Origin: Ophelia neglecta
Lineage: Eukaryota
DNA length: 64,000 bases
Reading direction: 5' to 3'
Assembly (NCBI GenBank): GCA_965285935.1
Contig: OZ260663.1
Span: 35,030,001-35,094,000 of the forward strand
The notes under the pieces were generated by a model. That model saw only the letters and a list, made by a program, of their open reading frames with translations, did not search any database and was not told the origin of the DNA. The translations under genes and the position numbers were made by a program. The first letter of the stretch is position 1. Each line of letters begins with the position of its first letter. This document shows positions 13,827 through 25,900 of this stretch, piece after piece.

Positions 13827-15542
13827 CATGAGTGTCCAAGTAGAATAACATGAACATGACAATTGTCTTTATTCAAATGTTTACGTTATGACATTCGTAG
13901 TTTAATTTGGAGCTTAATTGACTTATCCCCTAAAAAATATTGATTTCTGAGACATGCCTCAAAAGAAAATTGTCGTCACTGAAACCAATGCAACAGGCGA
14001 ATATATGCATAATCATCTTCTTGAACGTATTGATAGCACGGAGGACGCTCATAACACTGACAGAAGCTTACTTGCGAACTAGAGCGACACCAGTTCTCTC
14101 GTGATTAAAACGAAAAAAGGTACATCTGCTGATTTAAGGTTTTCTGTTTAGGTCGACCAGTCGACAAACAAACCGCTGGAATCGGATTAGCTGTGCAGTT
14201 TCCATTCTGTTGATGGAGAATATTAATAAAGGAAGGAGTCATTCTGAGGGAAATATAATAACACGCATCATCGTATCATTTAAGGATGGCTATGAAAGAA
14301 AAAAAACTGCAATCACATTTCCAGAAAATCAGCGTGTAATAAGATTTGTTTCCTAAATTACTTGTCAGAGTAATGGCTATCGTGTTTCGTAGGGCGCATG
14401 TTCATAAACAAATTATTATATTTTATCTGACAGATGATCAGACCGTCAGAACAAAACATTGTCTTTATCAAAGCATCAATAGTCCGCGGGATATTGTTTC
14501 GACGATTTGTCGAGCCGTAGGACGACTTCACTTGCATTAGAACTGCTCATTACAGGAGATTATACCTCAGTTATATGTTTACGGCAGAACAATCCTTCTT
14601 TTCTCTCCACTGGTTTAAAGACTCATCCCTATCCGTGGTGGCTTATTCGCATCATGTCTTCAGATATGATGGATCTGCACTTGCTATATCTAACATCGGC
14701 GTCTGATATGTTGCTACGCGAAAGCAAGTATTATTACAGAGATGACCGGTGTCTTATTACATGTCAACTGACGACAGTAGGAGACAGACGTGTATTTATA
14801 TATATCCCCAAAAGATGTCTACCGAATAATTTTTAACTAAACTGGCCTTGCCAGCCATTGATCTTACATAAGGGGAACACTAAGTTGAACACCTGAGTGG
14901 TTGGATCGAATGACTCTCCTCCGATTATGACTCAATATGTTTAGATTATTATGGCAAGGGTAAGTAATCTGATGACTGTTCTTATGGACAAAGTATGATA
15001 AGTTGAAATTTTACTGATATAATCTGATATCTAATAATCCACTCCAATTTCCACAACGGTAAATAAGTTAATATAGAAATGAATTAAACATATTAGTTAC
15101 TTGATGTCATTGGTTGAATGTAGGAATAGAAAAATTATTGTTTTAATTGACATGTGCGACTGTTTTAGATACGAATTGCTGTATATGATCCAAAAGAACC
15201 GATTTTATTACGGAGAAGGTGATTAGTTATGATTCCAATTATAATAAGCACACTGCCAAAAAAAACTCAACTTAACATTCACGCTTTGGAATTAACCGTG
15301 GTGAGTTATTTTCTGGATTCTGCTGCTGCTTGATACATTCGTAATACAATTCTCAAGTGTAAATTCATTTGCTGTTAATAGTTTATCCTATTCCAATTCA
15401 GTCAAAAAAGTTTTTTTCAGGAGAGTTAGGCCATGAGGTGAGAGGTTATTATATATGTAACATAATCAACTACAATGAGTTGAATATAATATTCGAACAT
15501 TGCAATTGACTGTTCTTGTATATTTGGGTTGGGTTGGTGGAA

Positions 15543-15753
15543 AGCTCTTGATTAGAAGTTGAGGTGCGGAGGGCTGTGGAGGGGGTAACCTGAGATCAGG
15601 ACACAACGTGATACTTAAATAACCCGCAGAACCCTTAAATGAACCCGAATCGAGTCCGTACCTTTCTGTGAATATAACGCTTCTCGCCCTCTAGAATGAT
15701 CTATTACTTCCGCCTCCGCCTAGGCAGAGCACTTCCGCGTTTAATCTAAATCC
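15543..15753. mobile_element. Highly diverged copy of the same MITE family
   Basis: GCTCTTGATTAGAAGTTGAGGTGCGGAGG and TCCGCCTCCGC...TCCGCGTTTAATC termini align with the 40224 copy, and the length is similar. Confidence 0.7.
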
Positions 15754-15968
15754 CTAAATATGAATGCAAGTTAGTTACATATTAACCTATGTTCATTACT
15801 TATGACGGCTCGATTAGACCACTTGTCAGCTTTCGTTGTAACGGTCATTTATCTTTGTGCGATCAATTACATTCTGTCACTTTGGTAAGATAAACTTCTC
15901 ATTCCTAAACCAAGACATTACATTCAATAAAAATTCATATATACACACAAGAACAAATCACTGTGATC

Positions 15969-16114
15969 AGGCAATTTCTGGTTGGCGGAAAGCCCCCTGC
16001 GAATGCCACCTGCGTTTCCATTTGTGACTTCATCATTTCAATAGTAATGAAAACGACACAATAATAAAACGCAGACGGTGTTCGCAGGTGGCGTTATCTG
16101 CCCTAAAATTGCCT
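15969..16114. mobile_element. Foldback/MITE-like imperfect inverted repeat (~50-bp arms)
   Basis: AGGCAATTT..GGCGGA..CCTGCGAA..CTGCGTTT pairs with AAACGCAG..TTCGCAGG..TCTGCC..AAATTGCCT. Confidence 0.65.
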
Positions 16115-17494
16115 TATAAATGTACCTCAGTGTTTTGAAATAAATTTTAAGTAGCAAGACCGGCATTAGTCTTTTGCAAAGTAAAGTGCAAAAGATCATT
16201 TGCCGAAAACAAATTTAATTTTATATGAAAGATGCAATGCTTGGATTTAAAATACATATGAACTCAAACTCGTCATCGACGGTTTTTTGAAAAATTATAA
16301 TTCTACGAACTATATTTCTTCTGTCATTCCTAACCGACTTCTCTACATGCAGTCTATGCCCTGTGTGTTTTTCTACCAGTTAGAAGCTGTAATTGCTTTA
16401 TTGTTTCACAATTGGCAGTTATGTTGCCATTAATAATTGGCCCACCAAACGTTTTTAAAAGCCGGCTGAACCTTGAGTTTTATCCAATTGGATGCACATC
16501 AGTCCGCACCATGAAGCACTTGCAAGGAAAAAATGCTGTAAAGGTAAGGCGATCATTATTTCATACTACATGAAGCTGAACTCCAATATGTATTACTTTA
16601 CTGAAATACTGCATCAAATTGAGCAGGACACGATATGATGTCTGGCGACATACGCATATACTCCAGTAGCTTTCTTTGCGAAAAAATGTAATAGTTAAAG
16701 TGCATGTAAAATCCTAACTGCCAAATTAAGGCATATCTACAGCTTTATACGTACATGTTTCTTGTATTTTAATGGGCCAGTTACTATATTCCTATTGTAA
16801 ATAGTGAAATCACTCCGAACTGAATTATATGTACAACTACAAAGCCAAGTGTGGGAGAATCTTATTCTCTTGATACTTATTTTGTGATCTTTTTGGCAGG
16901 TAATGGGCACACGTAAGGCATAAGTTCATGTTATAAATCAATAGAGCCTGGGGAGACAAATTTAACAAGCATGCTCTACTAGCAGTGCCGCAGAAGATCC
17001 ATCTTAACTTTGTCACTTTGTATCAGGTCACCACTGAATTCTGTCTTTACGATGTCGATATTGTTATTCCCTTCATATAGACGCGTATAATTAGCTGTAT
17101 CAAGCTCATTTTCTTCATTATATAAGTTTGAGTATGCTATGAGGAGATCAGCAACACACTATTCATAGTTGACTAACCAATTTCGTGGTTCACTATTTAA
17201 TGTATGTCAGTCGAGTCATTGTTACGGAACAACATTTCCAGCTATTTGCTGGAACCAGACATACATTTCGGTTAGATGGTGGAAGGATAATTGTGATAAA
17301 ACTCGGCAAAGGTGCATTCAGCACAGTATATTCCTTGAAGAACATGATGCTTCCTTGATTAAGTCGTCGAGACATTGTTGTCACTAGCTTGTATTCTATA
17401 TTTGCTCATCCATCACGTAATCGTTTTTATTGGCGGAGTTTTTAACGGTCGGATTTTTATTACCAAATGTTTAAAAGGTTGCCTTTATTCACAA

Positions 17495-17826
17495 ATATAG
17501 TAGCCGATAGTACCACTGTGCGAATGCTGAGGGACGTTACTTCTCAGTGAAACCTGACATACTAAAAAATACTGTAGACCGATGGCATTGTCGACAAAAA
17601 TCCCGTGGGTCTCTGTAGCAAAGTGGAGACCTCCTTTGTAGGCCAATTACCAATTCCAAACAGTATCCTATCTTTTATTTCGGGTCTGCAGAGAACATGA
17701 TTAAAAGTTATAAGTGAGTGTTGAGGGAGCAATCACAGTACGTGAGTAATCACAATGAATGGCATTTTAATGATGCTTTCTATCGTAGTCTATTTCAGGT
17801 CTCAATGTTTATGTTGGCAAGGTCAC
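17495..17826 (-). pseudogene. Copy C: duplicated promoter plus decayed first exon
   Basis: Colinear with copies A and B. Identical blocks at 17645-17661 and 17705-17728. A deletion of roughly 45 bp follows GAGACCTC. The exon-derived part resembles B more than A. Confidence 0.7.
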
Positions 17827-19244
17827 AAAACTGACCAAATCTAAAAAAAAACATTAACTACCGACTCCCAGACTTATCTTATATATTCTTATAGGATTTC
17901 CTATTAATTCCAAACAATAGGAGCATTACAAACAGTTATCAGCATTCGGAAAATATACAATAGAAAGCTTGCTGCGACTACTAGTTTCATTTTCAATATT
18001 ACTTCATTAACTTGGAGTCAATATTTGTTTAGTCAATTTGGCTTCCATCATATCAATAGGGAGCGGAGAGAAAGTCGTGTCTCCATGAAAGCTTATTAAG
18101 GATTAAATGCTGGCTTCTACCCCACTATTGGCCACGTTTTGCTTTAACAACAAGGAACTAATAAATCTGTCTAGGAATGCTTTATAATATGAATCGTAAA
18201 ATGACAAATAATTTGTCTTGTGGATAATGTTGAAACTGGGACAAACATAGCGGTTATCCATTTGGTTTGCACTTCTTATCTGCAGGTGTAAGCAAAAGGT
18301 CAATCCAGCCATGGCGGCGTACAAATAAACAGTGTTTGACGTACCATTCTTCTGTTCAACAAATTGATAAGAATAGAAATATCGTCGTGTGACGAGTTGA
18401 AACTTAACTCTATTACTTTTCAGGTAAGATTCGTGCAAATATCAATTTGATTACGTTAGAATTTACTATATTGACGATTCCTCCAAATGTCATTTTGATA
18501 ACGATAGAATTTATAACAGCGCCATGTTGAACAAATGGACTTTTTTTCTGGTATGTTCCGACAATGACAGTTACAAGTAGGTAGGTTGTAGGAGGATTAG
18601 GGTAGCTACGACTTCCTCCGGAAACGCGTGCTGCTATCCATAACCACACTTCAATGGCAACACGTCTATAAGCTAATCTCGGTCTAATGCGCATGTGGCA
18701 CGAACATTGTCAAAGGACAATCGCACTTTTATCACAAAAGCAGGAAAAACGCAGGATGACATTTGACATGTATCTTTGCGCTGTAGATTAACAGCAAGTA
18801 ATAGTAAAGTCTTTGACAAATTAGAACAGCGTGAATTTAACGTAATTATGATCATAGCGCTCTCGATTGAGACAATTGAATACAGGTTGCTGGAATATTC
18901 TGTCACTGGCTAGGAATGAATTAAAGGTAATCTCTCTCATGGTATAGGTTGCAACGCCAGTTTACATTCACTCTAAAGTATCATTTGTTTTAAACTACGG
19001 CGATTTAAATAAAACTTGAATATTGGTAATCCTAAGGATGAATCGTTAAAGCTTATCCATTATTGAAGATAGGCCAGCTGAGACTTTCAATTATAACGGT
19101 TATCATTCTTTGTATTTCAATCTGTCATTCAGTTAAATCCAATTTTGCAGGAATGTGATCGATTTATATTTTAATCGCGGGGTCCATAAAAAGTTGCAGC
19201 AGCTGCACATGGTTCATAATAAACAAAGCAGTTTGAATTTAAAA

Positions 19245-19400
19245 AAGTGGGACCCTGGTATAAATGCAGGTTTTGTGAGTGGTACAGTGAGGAGGCACTG
19301 CTGTGAGGATCGAAGTACGCTCGATGGGGCGATGTAATGTGGGATAGTCCCCAAGGAACACAGGGACATAGAAGGCAGCACTTTCTTGACCAGGAGGCAG
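19245..19400 (+). mobile_element. Ancient CR1-like RT relic
   Basis: GFVSG...RWGDVMWDSPQGTQG...HFL resembles FLS.R...W..V..GVPQGT.LGP.LFL. Confidence 0.4.
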
Positions 19401-22400
19401 ATTTTTTAATGTATCTACCCTTACTCTTAGCCAATGCAAATACCGGAGGACACGGGGTAATTCGACCATGTTTCCCCAGTGCCTGTGATAATTCTGGCTG
19501 CTGTGATCAGTACTCGCTAAACCAAACAACAGGGAATTTAGACAGTCAAGCCCAGGAATTACCAGAAATATACGAGACGTTCCTTTGCAGATGGTGTCAT
19601 ATCTACAAGCGAATGTACCTTTTCCAACTCACTTGATAGAATGTAGATTTTATTGTTTGGCTTTCATAATGGTCTATGTTTATGTGACAATGAACATGAA
19701 CTCAAAGGTTTCGCACATTCGCCACTGCGGAAACATGGTTATCTCCGACATGCATGTTGGTAACCGGAGACAACTAGCCTAGGTCCGAGGAGACAGAATA
19801 ATAAACTATATCTTATCATTTAGCTTTCAGTAATTGATGGTCATCCACACTGTGATACCAAGTGTACACAATTCCATTCTGTAATAGGCATCATCTACTA
19901 CTTTTGTGTAACAATTCGTACACAGATATTGTAATAGCTTTGTATTTTATATCGTGATTGTTATGTACTGATATTACAGACGGTGGCAACGGTGTATACG
20001 TAGTATTGAATAACCCATGACTCACCAGTTTGCTCCACGAACCGTGCGACTACGCAGCGAATCCTTACACGTCGCTAATTGGCTCTTATTATGACGTGGT
20101 CGGCCAGGAAAGTTTCAACAGAGGACTGGCCAGCACACCTCCACAAAGAGGGTATTTCCCAACCACATAACCCTGAAAACAGTACTCCTGTAAATAAAAT
20201 GCCCGCTAGTTATAACATTGTGTCAAGTATTTCTCAAACTGATCCGTAAAACAAGTGCCACGTTTTAACAATATTTAAATGAAATCTCCTTTTAAGTGTC
20301 TGCAACGTGTTTTTTTGTGTGCGTATAAAATGAAAAAAGGTTCGAAAATATTTGGCTCGAAAATGTATAGCAGCCCTGCTATAAAATACCTGGAAACCGC
20401 CAAAACTAGTTTTTGCTAAAAGTTTAGTAACACATGTAGTTGACTACAACAGGGAATTATAAATATCTCGATGCTTTAGAATGTAAGGAAAAAATGACAA
20501 GCTCGTAGCGAAAAAAACAGACTGGAAACCCTGTAGACACATGGAAATCATTAATCGAGAACAATCGGAAGCGGTCTGAAATCATCAACTACTTGTAGCC
20601 ACAGGCCCGTTTACATAAATCCCGAGTTCTCTAACGCTCAGTAAACTCATTATGCAATTAACAACAACAAAAATAAAACTTGATAGCACTTAGTAGTCAA
20701 TGGTTTTTAATTATGCGAGTCATAGCACTAGACAAACTGGCAGTGGTCAATGTAATTCAGCGATGAAGAGTCTATTGTGGAATAAACTTTCTCATAACTG
20801 TGCCACTGAATATGAATTTTTTCATATGGCTCTGGCAGTTGTAGAAATGGTCCTTAAATATGTAGGCACTTTATTCAATAAATATTTGATGGAGGGTGAA
20901 ATAAAGTAACCCCTATGCCTGCATTATCGGCTAAGCCTTGTTTACACAAGCCTGTAGTATAATAAACACAAACCGATATGTGGACAGTGTCCCGCCGTGA
21001 TCAGACGCCTGACTTTACCGGTGACCTCAATCCTACTACTCGATACTTATTACAGTTGCGCATTTTTGTCACAATTTTTGAGTAATTAAGATTAAAAAAA
21101 ATTAATACTAACACGAATATCGTTTTCAATAACAATTCACATGGCTTGGATCATCAGGTATAACAGTGTATCGAAAAATAAAAATGACGCAAAGATACAT
21201 TAACATGATTTGCCATGATTTGATGTTATCGTTTTGCCCAGTTCAACAATAAAAATACGCCTACCTCATTTATGTAGTTTATTCTCTTCACGTGGTAATA
21301 TGAGTAAAACCGACCACACTTAACATTAAATGCTTGTTAGGATGAAAAATAGCACTAAGTCACATATGACTCTGTAGTTGCCCCTCATGTATCTTACATC
21401 CTTCAATTCGTAGGGACTGGTTGCTCGCAATCGCTTACAAAAGTATGAGTTAAATGCGCACGAAAGTCTTGGGTTCCCATTGGTGCCGACGCTTTGAATC
21501 AACAAGCGACTGCTTGTTCAAGGTATAAGTCGCCACGGGCCCCTTTAAAACCATTGAGACAGGGAGTCGACTATATCTTCCATAGAGGTACCGGTTTATT
21601 TCGTCCTATTTTTAGACGACGTAGCTTGGTCGGCGACACCATCCAGAATTGCAACGCCAAGCAAAACTGTGGATGGCCTTATTTTATTGATGAATTTGGG
21701 TCATATTGAATATATATTGGCTCCAATAACGGTCAGTCATACTGCACATTAAGAACATGGATGAATAAATATGACAACAGGTATTGAAACTAGTGTTCAA
21801 CATGATGTGTCATCATAATGTTGTACAAAAGCACTTGATTAAGCCTAATTATTTTCTGACAATAGCTAAGGGTCAAATCTCACGATGACTTGACCTGTTT
21901 GATATTTCGTTCATGGTAATCGGCACAACCTTTTCCTAGTTGTTTTCATTTTTTTTACGATACACATATCAAAGGAACTTAACCAAATCCCCCAGTAATT
22001 TCACTACTATGTGGTTATGATACGTTGTAGGATAAATGCTGTGATAAAACATATCTGGCTGGTAGAACATGCCATAAAGCATGAAAAGGGTGGCCCGCCT
22101 CCGCGAGGCAGGTAAAGTCTTAAAGGAGGGGTTTATGTGTTTTATGCCCTAATTAATTTCAAAGTGTTTGTATTTTTGTTCTTAGTTATGTGATACCTGC
22201 AAAATGCCAAATTTGCCATAGTTAGTCATTATTTGGCGGCCATATTTGATTTATAAAATCTTCGTTATACACTATGTATATTCTCCCACTGATTTGTAGG
22301 TCTTTCCTTGATATTCCAACCACTCACCACATTATAAACATCATCTGATGGATCCCATTTATGAAAAACCTCTAGAGAAAGGGACGTTATCGGTGAATTT

Positions 22401-22687
22401 AGCAACTGAAAAGACGTGCCTTAAAATCGAAATTGTTGCATTTAATAAAATAAAGCCGGGTTTAAGTTCAATATTATTGTGCAATTAATTAATTTTGTCT
22501 CTTTTAAAACTCCCAATTCCCCTTTTTGCAGTTTATCTGCATGAACCCTTGAGATATTTTCATCTGCGATATTGAACAAATCAGTCCCATATAGTCTTTT
22601 AAATTCATACATTATTGTTTTCGTCGGTCGTTTATTGTGTTATCGAATAGATGCAGCTGAATGTTGACTCCATCTATTCAGTTTCAC

Positions 22688-22914
22688 CACTTTTGATTAA
22701 AAGAGGAGACGTGGATGTATGGCGGAGGTTAAAACCTGAGATTAGAACACGACACTAAACTTGGATAGCCATAACCCTTACCCTTTCCCTCGCTTTGAAA
22801 TAAACAAAAACCAGAGCCCTAACTCTTCTATAGATACAAAGCTTCATGCCCTTCACAACTATCAATTACCCCTACCTCGCATAGCCTCCACTCCCCCGTC
22901 TTTAATCAATAACA
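22688..22914. mobile_element. Diverged copy of the same MITE family
   Basis: CTTTTGATTAAAAGAGGAGACGTGG...GGCGGAGG and CGCATAGCCTCC...TTTAATCAATA ends. Internal TAGAACA..CACTA, AACCCT and GCTTCATGCC are shared with the 40224 copy. Confidence 0.8.
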
Positions 22915-25900
22915 GTATATTTTGATAATCTTCCTGATGACAATTTTTGTTAACTGCCAAGACCCAGCATTATTCTTTCAACACATATAAGCGTAATCTT
23001 TGAAAAATACCAGTTGTTCCGCACAATATGCGGTCTCAGTGACCCCTTACAACATAGCTTAAAGCCACGTCTAGTGGTTGTTTTTGCAAGCTCAACCCAA
23101 TTTGTAACCTACCCAGATGGATAGTACCTCAATTACCCAATGAATCCATGCAAGTTATAGTCTGCGTTCTGCACCTGCTGCACCTATGTTTTTATTTTCA
23201 ACTTGCGCGGTTAAGGCACTTTGGTGATTTTTGAATGTCGTTCCTGTCTGATAAGGCCATCACACTTCGAAAAAATTAAAGAATTGTCACATTGATCAAG
23301 TATTTTAATGGCAAGGTCAGGTATACAGTAGTTTGACCGACAGCAAGTACGATAATTTTAAAAACAGTGAGCATTGTATGGAATATCTATTCATTCCAAT
23401 TCATTAAAAAGGCTACTTTCTAGACCTGATGCTGCTCTTTGTCTTCACTGTTGGGCTCAGGTGTTCACTGGTAAGGGATACGTGTTGGTATTGGGTAAAC
23501 CATCCAATACCCTAATGAGTACAATAGAACAAGATTTTACGTGGAATGATATAATTGATTAACTAGTTACACACACCTAGCTTCTGTACGTGCCACTCTA
23601 GTGATCACTTCGCCATAACTTTGATACGAAATGGCAAAGGCCACCCAATCCGTTACACAATATAAAGTGCAAACCACGAATATGAAACTAATTATTATTA
23701 CTAATACGAACATAAATGTCTTGTTGATTATCCAATCAACCGTGTGAAAGAAAGTTACATATGACTCCCCTTATCATTCAAAGATTGGTTTCAGTCAAAC
23801 CTGTACATTTAATAAACATGCAGTTTCCTTTAAACAATTGCACCTTACAATGAGCTACTGTTCTTAACGTAAGCGTGCAGGGTTGAAGCCAATACATTAG
23901 ATAAGGTAAAACAAGACCAAACATGTGTGTTAAATTGACACAAGGCAATAATCATAGTTTCGATTAATGCCAGTATCAATAAACATTAATCAATTGCGCG
24001 TGAAATATTTGCCAAGCCACTTCCTCTGTGTTTACTTCGTCAATAAGGAGCGGCAGGTAGATAATTGAAGAGAACACCTACAATGAAGTTTATGTGGTTC
24101 TGTGGCCTCTCAAACATGACCGGCATGAGAATAGTATGCATGCAATGACAATTAATCTTTTTGAGATCTTTTTTAGTTTATTTAGAAATAATTTAGTCCA
24201 TTCAGCTAATTATATGTTATTTGTACTATTCTCTTTGTTTCTAAAATTCTGCACAATATTCGACAATTGATTATCTCGTTTATATTTGGCCGTTGGTTTT
24301 TGAAAAAAGGACGAATTTCTTCCCCCTCCTACTACCGATAGACACGTGCACAAACATGCACCGACCGGAGACCACAGTTGAAACCGTTGCAATACCTTAT
24401 TATAGTCTTCAACGATAAAATACGAAATCTGTTAAGCTGGTAAATTGAACTTTTTTATTGTGACTGAATACGTGATTCTGCGATAAACGGTGCTATATCA
24501 GCAAGGCGCAGGCTAGACGCAAAGGCAAATGAACTAGAGATTATTAGAATGTTCCCCTGGTGGTCGTTTTGATTGCACGCTCGTACTGCAAATGTATTAC
24601 AGTTGTAATCACTTTTAACTGAACTCATGCGATTGTCTTCGTTTGAAGTAGCAACCACCCTTTGAAACTTGCAGTAGACATCAGACCCACCCTGTATGCA
24701 TGAACCACGTTTATATGAACAACCAAAGCCATGAAAATCAACACATATTAAAGTTCCAAGGCAGAAGTACAGACACGATCAAACTTGGCCCTTATGTTAA
24801 CATGAGACTAGATTGCCATTGTTGCATTTCCCTAAAGAACCATTCATTGGAAGGACTCAATAATTGAGCCAATGGCCCAGAAGGAAGCGAAACTACAGAA
24901 GGAACTCTCAGCTGATAGCACCTGGATGGTAGAAAGGGTTTCTCTTTGTTAATTTTCGAACAGCGACATCGTGAATGTGTTTGGTAGATCAGGTGAATAG
25001 GACCACATCGCAGGTGTGTTTAAATATACAACAGCAAATAGAGCATACTTTACTAAACAGCCGCACTGTTATAATAAATTATGTTCATATAACAATTATG
25101 TTCTACAAATGATTTCAGCATCTATTGCCTTTTCCATGTTAAAATTTGGGCTTGTATGACTGCATCTAATATCATGGTTAAACAACACGTGTCCTCGTAA
25201 GCCACAAAAGCCTTAACTACATTTGTCAAATACAAGCGGGCACAAGGCGAACGCACGAAACCTCAGTGGCAAGGTTTTCAAAAAGGGTCATTACTAAATT
25301 GTGATAATGATTTTGAAACACTTTGCGTTGGGTAGTATCGAAAGACAAATAAAATGAAAGGGGATACTTCGATCTTGTGAATAAATTACTTATATAAACG
25401 TATCAACCGGATATGTTATCTGACCGTATAATTGAAATAATTACATTTCCACAATATTTTTACCAACCCATATATATTCAGATGTGATTTCCTGACTATG
25501 CTGTCTTAATTCTAGAAGGGTTTGGAGATCACAGCGCCAAAGGTTTACTCGTAAAAAGGATTAAGCTCTTAATTGATCATCAAGTCAGGTCAACGTTCCT
25601 AAGGTTTGGCATCATTACCACGTCGAATCCGGTCTGGATTCATACTTCGGAAATCAACTTTTACAAAAGCTATTCGTTTTGTCTGTTTCACGTTCTTGAT
25701 CGATAGTTAGAAGGAAGCGTATGAGTCCTGAGCGAGTTATTGCCAGGCTGTACTCTCATTGATCTTTTGATCTGGCTTTCATTATGACAAATCCGGCCCT
25801 CTAATGAACGGATGCAAACATATACCAAAGTGATAGAGGATGACACATGCCGGCGTCTGAATAGATAGACATCTGTTCTCTTCACATAATTGACTGGTAT

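Noticed and set aside
21490-21620. ISL2EU/Harbinger transposase relic (LNQQATACSRYKS)
   Set aside because: Resemblance is limited to a few residues; downstream catalytic motifs are not recoverable.
22120-22602. Kolobok-like TTAA-flanked element; similarly hAT-like relic at ~70-195
   Set aside because: Suggestive terminal motifs, but no matching TIR pair or TSD could be verified by eye.
18053-24053. Shared 14-mer TCAATA(G/A)GGAGCGG
   Set aside because: 13/14 matches are expected by chance in a window this size and the flanks do not align.
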